From the IMG/VR virus record IMGVR_UViG_3300027754_005427, positions 22,927 to 86,926 of that record: a stretch of 64,000 nt of DNA; one strand, 5' to 3'. This stretch comes from a virus. Shown here piece by piece: positions 19,778 to 28,576 of the stretch. The notes beneath the pieces were generated by a model that saw nothing but the letters and a program-made list of their open reading frames with translations, was not told where the DNA came from and did not search any database. Position 1 is the stretch's first letter, and the number at the start of each line of letters is the position of its first letter. A program made the translations under genes and the position numbers.

Positions 19778-20590
19778 ATGAACAATGATATATGCTTTAA
19801 AAAGATTTTAATTACAGGTGGAGTTGGAGATTTTTTAGCAATAGATTCTTTTTTAAGTTATAATCAAAAAAGAAACATAGAAAAAATAATACTAGCAACA
19901 AGAGCATCTAATGAAATAAAATCATTGTTTAATGTAAAAAATACATATTACTCAAAATTAAAAAAAATTCAAATATTAAAATATAATTTTTTAGATAATC
20001 CTGCTTTTAACAGCAAAGAAATGGCAAAAGAATTTATTCCAATAAATGGATCTTTTTGGAATAATATTTATGATGGTAGTATATCAAATATGTTTAAATT
20101 AATAAGATCTAAAGATTTAAAATTTCATGAATCTTCATTTTTAAATTTAAATATCAATATTAAAAAATTTAAATTACCCGAAAAGTTTTTATTAATTTTG
20201 CCTTTTTCAAAAAATAAAGTAAATGAAAATCGTGATTTTAATGATGATGATTGGGAAAATTTAGAATCTTATTTAAGTAATAACAAAAAAAAAGGAGTTT
20301 GTATTGGAATAGAAAATAAAAAAATACCACAAAGTAAAAATTTAATAAACTTAATTAATCAAACAACAATGTTAGAAAGTATAGAAATTTTAAAAAAATC
20401 AACAGGATACATTGGAATTGATTCATGGATTAGTGTACTTGCACCAAAAGCTTTAAACAGAAAAAATATTTATATAAAAACAATCAGCAAACACTGCTTT
20501 AGATTTTCTTCAATTTATTTTAAACCTTTTGTTACTAAAAATTTTATTTTTAGTAACTTGAAAGAAATAAATAATTTTCAACAAAAATAA
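19778..20590 (+). CDS. GT9-like glycosyltransferase
   Basis: GGVGD, INLINQTT.LE, YIGIDS. Confidence 0.65.
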   Translation: MNNDICFKKILITGGVGDFLAIDSFLSYNQKRNIEKIILATRASNEIKSLFNVKNTYYSKLKKIQILKYNFLDNPAFNSKEMAKEFIPINGSFWNNIYDGSISNMFKLIRSKDLKFHESSFLNLNINIKKFKLPEKFLLILPFSKNKVNENRDFNDDDWENLESYLSNNKKKGVCIGIENKKIPQSKNLINLINQTTMLESIEILKKSTGYIGIDSWISVLAPKALNRKNIYIKTISKHCFRFSSIYFKPFVTKNFIFSNLKEINNFQQK

Positions 20591-20652
20591 CACAATATTA
20601 TATTTGTAATATGTAAATACATTCAAGTATTAAATATTGCAAAAGGAATAAA

Positions 20653-21261
20653 ATGAAAGATGAAAAAATAATTAAAAGAATTAAAACTTTGTATAAAAAT
20701 TTTAATCCTTACTGTTTAGAAGAAAACGATACATATTTTTCTAAAAATATAGAAAAAAACAAAGACTTAGTTCCTACCTATGGAGAAATATTACCAAAAG
20801 CAGTATCTAAATTAATAGTAAATTTAAACATAAAAGAAAACGATGTGTTTGTTGATCTTGGATGTGGAAATGGAAAAGTTGTCTTACAGTTTTATTTGCA
20901 AACGCAAGTTAAACATTCTTTAGGAATTGAATTTTCAACAACAAGATTTAAACAAGCAGCTGAAGTAAAAAACAAAATTATTTTAACTCCAAATAAAAAA
21001 ATAGAATTTATAAGAGGAAATTTCTTAAATAAAGAAATAAATTTATCACATGGTACTATTTTTTATATTGCATCAACCTGCTTCTCAGATAAAACCATGA
21101 TTAAAATATGGAATAAAATAATTAAAAACAAAAATTTAAAAGCAATAATGGTTTTAAAGGAATTTCCTAATGAATGTGATTTTTCAAAAGTAAAAAGTAT
21201 TAAGGATATAGCAGTTGGATGTTCTTGGGCGATAAGCCAAACAAAATTATACTATTTTTAA
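20653..21261 (+). CDS. DOT1-like class I SAM-dependent methyltransferase
   Basis: TYGEI, FVDLGCGNGKVV, GIEFS, STCF, CSW; matches DOT1-like pattern. Confidence 0.75.
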   Translation: MKDEKIIKRIKTLYKNFNPYCLEENDTYFSKNIEKNKDLVPTYGEILPKAVSKLIVNLNIKENDVFVDLGCGNGKVVLQFYLQTQVKHSLGIEFSTTRFKQAAEVKNKIILTPNKKIEFIRGNFLNKEINLSHGTIFYIASTCFSDKTMIKIWNKIIKNKNLKAIMVLKEFPNECDFSKVKSIKDIAVGCSWAISQTKLYYF

Positions 21262-22008
21262 CTATTTTAAAGCAAATGTATTTTGTTTTGAAATAGTTAA
21301 CTCATCACCACTGTTTATTTTAACATTAGAAACAAAATAAACCTTTTCATTTTTTATAAAATAATTAATATTAGAATCTTCATTTACTTTGTAAATATTT
21401 GCAAAACCTAAAGGAATTAAAAAATTATTTTCCTTATTATAAAAAAACAATTTACTTAAACTGTGATTTTCACTTAAATAAAAAACATTTTTAAAATCAA
21501 TAGTGTGAGATATTTCAACTGTTTCATTCTTTGCAATTTTTTCACTTGCATAAACACCATTTTTTTTAATTTCAATTTTTCTACTTACAAAAACAGGTTT
21601 TTCTTTTTTTTTATTTGCATAAATTATTTTATTCATTATTTTTAAATTCTTATTTTTAAACCATTCATTGCCATAATCTATGGTAATTTGCTGATTCTTT
21701 TCGATGGCTTTAACTGTTTTATAAATAATTTTATTTTTTAAAACAGTAAAAGATAAATTGTTAATTCCAGCAGATGCATGATTATAAATAGATCCAAATC
21801 CAAAAGCTAAAGAATTTTTTTTACCATCGTAATGATAAGTATAATCGTTTGTTAATTTTAAATCTTCACATATTTCATTGTTATAAACATGCTTTGAAAT
21901 TGCAACTTCAATAATTGTTTCTTTTGGAATATACTCTGATGTGAATATTCCATATCCAATATTTTTAACTTTAGAAACAAACAATCTTTTGTCTATAAAT
22001 ATTTTCAT
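21262..22008 (-). CDS. Tandem SET-domain protein (second domain degenerate)
   Basis: GYGIF, GFGSIYNHA, ITIDYG; second copy NGVYA...GFANIY...GDELTI. Confidence 0.8.
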   Translation of the reverse strand: MKIFIDKRLFVSKVKNIGYGIFTSEYIPKETIIEVAISKHVYNNEICEDLKLTNDYTYHYDGKKNSLAFGFGSIYNHASAGINNLSFTVLKNKIIYKTVKAIEKNQQITIDYGNEWFKNKNLKIMNKIIYANKKKEKPVFVSRKIEIKKNGVYASEKIAKNETVEISHTIDFKNVFYLSENHSLSKLFFYNKENNFLIPLGFANIYKVNEDSNINYFIKNEKVYFVSNVKINSGDELTISKQNTFALK

Positions 22009-22071
22009 TTAAACATTGTAATTGTTATTATTAAATAAATCAAGAAATTAAAATAAAACATTTAGTGTTTT

Positions 22072-23022
22072 TTAAAAATCATTAATGATTTCGCCATTTG
22101 CCCTTGTAACCAACGCAGCAAATGTATTAATTAATATATTGCTATTAATTGTCCTTACAGATCCATCTCCCATTAATGCATTCATAACATTAGTGTGAAA
22201 TGAATAAGGTTGACCAGTACCTTCAGTTCCAAATGGAACCATATTATAAGATGTATAATCAAAACCATTTGTACAATTAAAAGCACAATTGCCAGGGTAA
22301 GTTGTTCCAGTAGGATCAGAAGATATTAAATCTAAATCTGATGCAGGTCTACACCAACCTCCGCCATTTACTTTAACTGCTGGTATAGATCCAATTTTAA
22401 CGCCTTTTCTATATAAATAAGGGCGACCAGCAGATTCTACAATAGCTAATGTGTTAGACAGACCATCCATTACAGATGCTATTTTTACTGTTTTATTCTT
22501 TTCAATAATTCCAGGTATTGCAAATCCTGTAGTATTTACATTTGTAGCAAGTGGACTTACTCCTGTAATTGCTGCATAATCTGTTATAGCAACAATATCC
22601 CATACTCCAGTTTGAGGATCACCATCTAATCGTTCTAAGCTAGAAGGACATTGAAATATTTTAATTGGTTGTTTTGCAATTGGTAAATTAGCTACGGAAC
22701 TCCAAGTTGTTTTTAAATCATAAGATTTAACTAAATTACCTTGCTCTAAGAATGGCAAAACTGCAACTGCCCAGCTTATTCTTGGTAATGTTGTAACTCC
22801 GTTTGGCCTTGTACTAGTTGGAAAAGTTTCATTGTTTGCTGAAACATAAGAATGGATAGAAAGTCCAATTTGTTTTAAGTTATTTGCACATTGCATTTTG
22901 GCAGCAGAATCTCTAACCTTTTGTACTGCTGGTAGCAATAAACCAATTAAAATTGCAATTATTGCAATTACAACTAAAAGTTCAATTAGTGTAAATCCTT
23001 TGTGGCTATTTTTAACAAACAT
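22072..23022 (-). CDS. DUF1559 prepilin-type protein with N-terminal methylation motif and H-X9-DG C-terminus
   Basis: [47 protein letters not shown]...[17 protein letters not shown]. Confidence 0.93.
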   Translation of the reverse strand: MFVKNSHKGFTLIELLVVIAIIAILIGLLLPAVQKVRDSAAKMQCANNLKQIGLSIHSYVSANNETFPTSTRPNGVTTLPRISWAVAVLPFLEQGNLVKSYDLKTTWSSVANLPIAKQPIKIFQCPSSLERLDGDPQTGVWDIVAITDYAAITGVSPLATNVNTTGFAIPGIIEKNKTVKIASVMDGLSNTLAIVESAGRPYLYRKGVKIGSIPAVKVNGGGWCRPASDLDLISSDPTGTTYPGNCAFNCTNGFDYTSYNMVPFGTEGTGQPYSFHTNVMNALMGDGSVRTINSNILINTFAALVTRANGEIINDF

Positions 23023-23042
23023 AATTTAAACTACCTTTCGTT

Positions 23043-23285
23043 TTATAATTCCTGATCTTTATGCCAATGTATTTTATGGTCGCCTCTAGTATGTTTTTTA
23101 TGGTGAATAATACTTTTTTTTATAGGCATATGGCCTCTATTGCTGAAAAGTGTATCTGGCTGCACTTCACCTAATTTGATTATAATTTTATCGCCTTTTG
23201 GAGCTTTAGGATTATCTAAATTAAACATTTTTTTCTTTTTGTTTTCGCTCATAATCAACCAGTTTTTAAAAGTTTGGCCAAGCAT
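23043..23285 (-). CDS. Small basic protein with capsid-targeting-like N-terminus
   Basis: MLGQTFKNWLIMSE; AAGG RBS. Confidence 0.55.
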   Translation of the reverse strand: MLGQTFKNWLIMSENKKKKMFNLDNPKAPKGDKIIIKLGEVQPDTLFSNRGHMPIKKSIIHHKKHTRGDHKIHWHKDQEL

Positions 23286-23333
23286 TTAATAAACCTTTTT
23301 TAAAAAAACAACTATTATATCTATAAATAACTT

Positions 23334-23729
23334 ATGAAAAAAATATTTAATATTTTCTTAGATCAAATTAATAATTTAATTACATTTATTTGGAATTTAT
23401 TATCATCTAAAAAGATGATAAAGTTTAACATGGCTGAAGCCAAAACTATTCTTTCTATAAGAAGTGGCAAGTGGCGTTCAGTTAGGAATAATTTTTTAGA
23501 AGAAAATCCATGTTGTAAAGTATGTGGAAGTAAAGAAAACTTAGTTGTTCATCACATAATTCCTTTTCATGTAGATAAAAGTAAAGAATTAGATACGAAT
23601 AACCTTATACCATTGTGCCAAAACAAAACAATGAACTGTCATTTTATATTTGGACATTTATTAAACTGGACAAAAAACAATCCAAATATTATTGAAGATT
23701 CTAAAATATGGAACGACAAGCTAAAATAA
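23334..23729 (+). CDS. HNH endonuclease
   Basis: CKVCG...VHHIIP...NLIPLC...CHFIFGH; TATAAATA at 23322-23329. Confidence 0.88.
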   Translation: MKKIFNIFLDQINNLITFIWNLLSSKKMIKFNMAEAKTILSIRSGKWRSVRNNFLEENPCCKVCGSKENLVVHHIIPFHVDKSKELDTNNLIPLCQNKTMNCHFIFGHLLNWTKNNPNIIEDSKIWNDKLK

Positions 23730-23844
23730 TATCATATTTTTAAATTTATATTAATATATAATTATAAGATTTATTTTAAATAGATAAATCCTAACCTTGG
23801 TTAACAAAGGTTAAATTAAACTGTTTATAAACAAAGGAGAAATT

Positions 23845-24072
23845 ATGGCTAGTTTTCAAGTAAAGCTTGTTCCAGATGAAATTAATATCGGAAGCGAAGG
23901 TTATTTAGATACTTCTGTTTCTAATGGACTTTCTAAACAACGCACTGTTAATGTTATTAACACTGTTACTAGTGGTGGTGTTAGTGTAATGCATGTAGCA
24001 TTAGCTGATGGCATGTATTTCAATGATACACCAGAAACATTATCAAATGTTCCTGGCATTATTTTAGATTAA
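23845..24072 (+). CDS. Small, probably highly expressed protein (candidate virion protein)
   Basis: Strong AAGGAG RBS, its own terminator, weak similarity to the 18484 domain (QRTV...LxDGxxF). Confidence 0.6.
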   Translation: MASFQVKLVPDEINIGSEGYLDTSVSNGLSKQRTVNVINTVTSGGVSVMHVALADGMYFNDTPETLSNVPGIILD

Positions 24073-24086
24073 ATTATTAAAGATTT

Positions 24087-24117
24087 GAAAAAGGCCTCTT
24101 ATTTAGAGGCCTTTTTC
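24087..24117. terminator. Bidirectional intrinsic terminator
   Basis: GAAAAAGGCCTCT-TATTT-AGAGGCCTTTTTC between convergent genes. Confidence 0.88.
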
Positions 24118-24125
24118 TATTTGTA

Positions 24126-25205
24126 CTATCGTTTCCGAGTAATTAAATCTAAGTCAATTAACTTTTGATTTATCTTAACACCTCTACCTGTTCCTTCATG
24201 GCTTATGCAATCTTTATCGAAAATATGAAAGCTAAATATTCCATCATTGCCACGAATTCTACCATACCAATCCCTGCCAGAATCAAATTTATTAACATGA
24301 TCATTTGTATTTTCGTGACATTTCATACAGCTTTTTGAATCTACATTAATAAATGCACCATCATAATTTTTAGGAACTATATGAAAATCTTCTTTTGTAC
24401 TAGGAGCAGCAGAAGGATTTTTAGTAGTTCTCCAAAATTTATCTACGCAAGATTTAAAAGTTGTATTTTTAAGTAAGAAAACTACATTTTCATCGTTAAT
24501 TTTAGGTAAGTAATCTATGTCTGCTATTGAAGAAAAGACTTTATTAGGTTGATCATCTTCTAATTTAAGAGTGACTACAGAATCATTGTTTTTAAGGTGA
24601 TCAATTAATTTTTTCAAATCTTCAAACTCAGAATAATTTGGCCAACGACTTTTAATAGTATCAATCAAGTCATCTACAGTTGGAAATGGTCTAAAAACAT
24701 TTGGCCTCCATTTTCCATCTATCTTCCTTCTAGTTCTAATTTCAAATACAATTGGTTCATCATTAAGCTTAACAAATAAAACTTCACCAATTAAAGTATC
24801 TTCTGGAAATTCCCAATTATAACTTCCATCATTATTTCTTTCATATTCAATTTTTTTATTATTAGGTAAATTAATAAATTTTAATTCTGAAAAGTTTTTT
24901 ACCCTATGCATTCCAGCAGGTTTACCCCAAGGGAATTCAACATTGCCATTTCCAAAAGGTTCACTGTAATTAGCAGAAATATTGTAAGAAGGGCTATGAA
25001 TGCCTCGCAAAGCTCCTTCAAAATCTTGATATGCCTTTGGCATAGTTTTATCGGAATAAAAATAAACAGAATCAGATCTGATTCTAGAATTTATAATTTG
25101 ATCTTGAATCTTCGGAAGAATTGAAATAACTTCATTTTTTTGTTCCTCATCTAAAAATGTATCCATTCCAATTGTTAAACTTAAAAACATAAATATAGCT
25201 TGCAT
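24126..25205 (-). CDS. Putative exported protein with a single CxxCH haem-c motif
   Basis: Hydrophobic N-terminus MQAIFMFLSLTIG; SCMKCH near the C-terminus; AAGGAG RBS. Confidence 0.55.
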   Translation of the reverse strand: MQAIFMFLSLTIGMDTFLDEEQKNEVISILPKIQDQIINSRIRSDSVYFYSDKTMPKAYQDFEGALRGIHSPSYNISANYSEPFGNGNVEFPWGKPAGMHRVKNFSELKFINLPNNKKIEYERNNDGSYNWEFPEDTLIGEVLFVKLNDEPIVFEIRTRRKIDGKWRPNVFRPFPTVDDLIDTIKSRWPNYSEFEDLKKLIDHLKNNDSVVTLKLEDDQPNKVFSSIADIDYLPKINDENVVFLLKNTTFKSCVDKFWRTTKNPSAAPSTKEDFHIVPKNYDGAFINVDSKSCMKCHENTNDHVNKFDSGRDWYGRIRGNDGIFSFHIFDKDCISHEGTGRGVKINQKLIDLDLITRKR

Positions 25206-25349
25206 AGCATAGTCTCCTTTACACTAAGATAATAAGTACTAAACTTTTTATATCATAAAAAATTTACTTAACAATAGTAAAACATATTTTATTTGTTTTT
25301 TATTTTAAAAAATGATAAAATATAATTATAAATTTATTAAGAAGGAATT

Positions 25350-26231
25350 ATGTCAAAAATAAAATTAACTATTGGTTGGGCTTGTCATGATGATGCAGAA
25401 GGTAGCTTTTGGACTGCTAGTGCTTTGAGACTTTATCATTTAGGTAATTCAAGAATAAGAAGCGATATTCAAATACTAGTAATAGATGATTATCCAAAAA
25501 AAACAGAAGGCTTAAATAATTTAGTTAATATTGTTGGAGGCAAATATGTTCATCAGCCTAAAGGAAAAGGCCCAGCACATGCTAAAAATTCTGTTTTTGA
25601 ACATGCAGATGGTGAATATGTTTTATTGTTAGATAGCCATGTTATTCTTCAAAATGGTGCTATAGATTATATCTCAAAGGGAATTAATAATAATACAATT
25701 AAAAAAGATATGTGGTGTGGCCCACTTTTAAATGAAAACAAAGATGTTATTGCAACTCATATGGAAGCAAAGTGGCGTGGAGATTTCTTTGGTGTTTGGA
25801 GAATTAGAAATCCTTTGCAAAAAGTTTTTGAAATTCCAATGCATGGCACTGCAATGTTTTTAATGAAAAAAGAATATTGGCCAAAGTTTAGTAATAACTT
25901 TAGCGGATTTGCTGGTGAAGAAGGTTATATCCATGAAAAAGTAAGAAATAACGGTGGGAAAGTATATTGTCATTCAGCTTTAGGATGGATACACAGATTT
26001 TTAAGAAGCAAGCCTATTACTTACACATGTACTTTAGAAGATAAAATTTACAATTACTTAATTGCTTTTTATGAAACAGGTAAAAATCCACAAGCAGTAA
26101 TTAATTTCTTTTCTAAAACACAACCAGAACCAGTAATAAATACGGCTAGGAACCAAGCCCTAGCCGTTTATTCAGATTTATTAAAAAAGTTTTCTAGTCT
26201 TACTGATGTCCCAGATATAGAACCAGATTAA
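25350..26231 (+). CDS. GT2-family glycosyltransferase
   Basis: LVIDD, GPAHAKN, LLLDSH, GFAGEE. Confidence 0.8.
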   Translation: MSKIKLTIGWACHDDAEGSFWTASALRLYHLGNSRIRSDIQILVIDDYPKKTEGLNNLVNIVGGKYVHQPKGKGPAHAKNSVFEHADGEYVLLLDSHVILQNGAIDYISKGINNNTIKKDMWCGPLLNENKDVIATHMEAKWRGDFFGVWRIRNPLQKVFEIPMHGTAMFLMKKEYWPKFSNNFSGFAGEEGYIHEKVRNNGGKVYCHSALGWIHRFLRSKPITYTCTLEDKIYNYLIAFYETGKNPQAVINFFSKTQPEPVINTARNQALAVYSDLLKKFSSLTDVPDIEPD

Positions 26232-27607
26232 GCCTTCCTGATTCCAAAGGTAGTCTCATATCCAGCGGAAACATATATCCAGTTGGTGTCTGCCATAATT
26301 GTTTGAACTGGGGATGATCTATTGTCGGCATCATCTACTCCCAATCGACCACTGCCATTGTCGCCCCAAACCCAACATGTTCCGTCATTCTTGATCGCAG
26401 CGGAATGCTCCTGTCCTCCGTCAACCTGCTTCCAATCAGTACCATATGTAACCGTTTGAATTGGTGAAGATTTATCGTCTGTTGTTTCATCGCCCAATTG
26501 ACCATTACCGTTACTTCCCCAAGTCCAGCATGTTCCGTCATTCTTGATCGCAATCATGTGATTGTCGCCACATGAAATTTGCTTCCAGTCAGTTCCTCCA
26601 GCTATGGTTTGAATTGGTGAAGATTTATCGTCTGTTGTTTCATCGCCCAATTGACCATAAGCGTTTTCGCCCCAAGTCCAACATGTTCCATTGTTCTTTA
26701 TTGCTGCGGTAAATTTTTCTCCACAAGAAACGGATTTCCAGTCAGTTCCGCCACAAACTGTTTGAACTGGTGATGATTTATTTATAATTGTGTTGTCGCC
26801 AATTTGACCCTTACCATTCCTACCCCACATCCAAAGAGTTCCATTGTTTTTTATTGCTGCCGTGTGATTACCACCAGAAGCAATCTGCTTCCATTCAGTT
26901 CCACCGCATACTGTTTGAACTGGTGATGATTTATCATCAGTTGTTTCATCACCGATTTCTCCATATTCGTTATAACCCCAAAGCCATAATGTTCCATCAG
27001 TCTTTATTGCAGCACAATGTTCGTAGTAGGTTCCAACCACCATTGTTTTCCAATCAGTTCCACCAGCAATTGTTTGTACTGGAGAAGATCTATAAACAGT
27101 TGTGTTATCTCCCAAACCACCATCGCTATTCTCACCCCAAGTCCAAAGTGTTCCATCATCTTTCAAACCAGCGATGTTGTAGTAGCCACAATTGATTTCA
27201 ACCCAATTGCTACCACCGCAAATAGTTTGAACTGGAGATGATCTGTTATCTGTTGTATTGTCGCCAAGTTCACCATTATCATTTGATCCAACACCCCATA
27301 CTGTTCCAACGATTGGTGTGACAGGAGTTACAGGAGGTGTTGGAGGCCCAAAATATATTATTTCTAAATTTATATTTGGTTGCACTTGATTAGCAACATA
27401 AAGGTTATAAACATACATAGCCTCTTTGCCATATAATGTAAATTCATCTCCATCTTTTAAAGAATAATCAACACCTTCAATATAAACAGTTTGATTTTTT
27501 AAATTATTCAAAATGTTATTGAAATTTTGATCAGGAACAAGCGTACTGTAAAGTTCCTCGTAATTAATTGTTTTTACTTTGAATGTGATTTTTGGTTGTA
27601 GTTGCAT
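26228..27607 (-). CDS. RCC1/BLIP-II-like 7-blade beta-propeller fused to an N-terminal small domain via a Pro/Thr linker
   Basis: Seven repeats of WG.N..G.LGD.TT..SSPVQT...TDWK; linker GPPTPPVTPVTP. Confidence 0.9.
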   Translation of the reverse strand: MQLQPKITFKVKTINYEELYSTLVPDQNFNNILNNLKNQTVYIEGVDYSLKDGDEFTLYGKEAMYVYNLYVANQVQPNINLEIIYFGPPTPPVTPVTPIVGTVWGVGSNDNGELGDNTTDNRSSPVQTICGGSNWVEINCGYYNIAGLKDDGTLWTWGENSDGGLGDNTTVYRSSPVQTIAGGTDWKTMVVGTYYEHCAAIKTDGTLWLWGYNEYGEIGDETTDDKSSPVQTVCGGTEWKQIASGGNHTAAIKNNGTLWMWGRNGKGQIGDNTIINKSSPVQTVCGGTDWKSVSCGEKFTAAIKNNGTCWTWGENAYGQLGDETTDDKSSPIQTIAGGTDWKQISCGDNHMIAIKNDGTCWTWGSNGNGQLGDETTDDKSSPIQTVTYGTDWKQVDGGQEHSAAIKNDGTCWVWGDNGSGRLGVDDADNRSSPVQTIMADTNWIYVSAGYETTFGIRKA

Positions 27608-27676
27608 ATTTTTCCTTTAATAGAAATAGGTTATAATATTATTTATTAAAAATAGTCATTATTATTTATTAAAATA

Positions 27677-28576
27677 ATGACTATAATAAATCAAATGGGT
27701 AAAATAGCTTTAAAAAGACCAGGTGCATTAGGTGATATTATAATGAGTTTTAACTTTATTGAAAAGTTAAAAGAAAATCATGAAGTTTATTATTTTTGTC
27801 ACACTAGTAGTTTTAATGTTTTAAATAATTTTGTGACAAAAAATAAAATTGTTAATTTCCATGTTCTTGAAGATTATAAAGAAGAAGAATATGATGAAAC
27901 AATAAATTTAATTGGATATCCACTTCATGAAGGTTATCCACATGAAAAAATGAAAAAACATTTACTTCAATATTTATCAAATGAAATGGGAACTAATTTT
28001 TCATTTGATCAATTCGTATTAGATTTACCAAGTTTTCCTAAAAAGATTAAAAACAGAAATAGTCCTAGATATATTACTTTTCAAACTAAGACTGGTTGGT
28101 CTACATACAAAGAATGGTGGGGATGGCAAGATTTAATTAACTTAATAAAATATAAAAGACCAGATATTGAAATTTATCAAATAGGTGGATCTAAAGATCC
28201 ACAAATAGAAAATACAGATGGTAGTTTTTGCGGTGATTCATTTGAAGAAAATATTGCTGCTCAAGCATGGTCGAATATTCATATCGGATTAGACTCTGTA
28301 TTTAATCATACTACCAATATAAATTGGCGTAACAAAGGTAAAATAAAAAGCATTATACTTTTTGGATCTACACAAGCAGAAGCAAGCGGGTATCCACACA
28401 ATGAAAATATATCACTGGGATTATCTTGCCAACCATGCTTCAAAGAAGATCCAAGAATAAGCAGAGTTCCATTGGGATTATGTGACAATCCTCCAAATCA
28501 AACTTATGAAAATCCACAACATGCTTGTATGAAAGGCATTAAACCAGAAATGGTTTTTGATAAAATTAAATTATGA
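27677..28576 (+). CDS. GT9-family glycosyltransferase
   Basis: RPGALGDI, YQIGG, HIGLDSVFNH, ILFGST, CQPC...HACM. Confidence 0.8.
   Translation: MTIINQMGKIALKRPGALGDIIMSFNFIEKLKENHEVYYFCHTSSFNVLNNFVTKNKIVNFHVLEDYKEEEYDETINLIGYPLHEGYPHEKMKKHLLQYLSNEMGTNFSFDQFVLDLPSFPKKIKNRNSPRYITFQTKTGWSTYKEWWGWQDLINLIKYKRPDIEIYQIGGSKDPQIENTDGSFCGDSFEENIAAQAWSNIHIGLDSVFNHTTNINWRNKGKIKSIILFGSTQAEASGYPHNENISLGLSCQPCFKEDPRISRVPLGLCDNPPNQTYENPQHACMKGIKPEMVFDKIKL

Noticed and set aside
23334-23729. HNH gene as an intron-encoded or mobile homing element
   Set aside because: Free-standing short HNH with its own promoter; no interrupted gene or flanking repeats seen.
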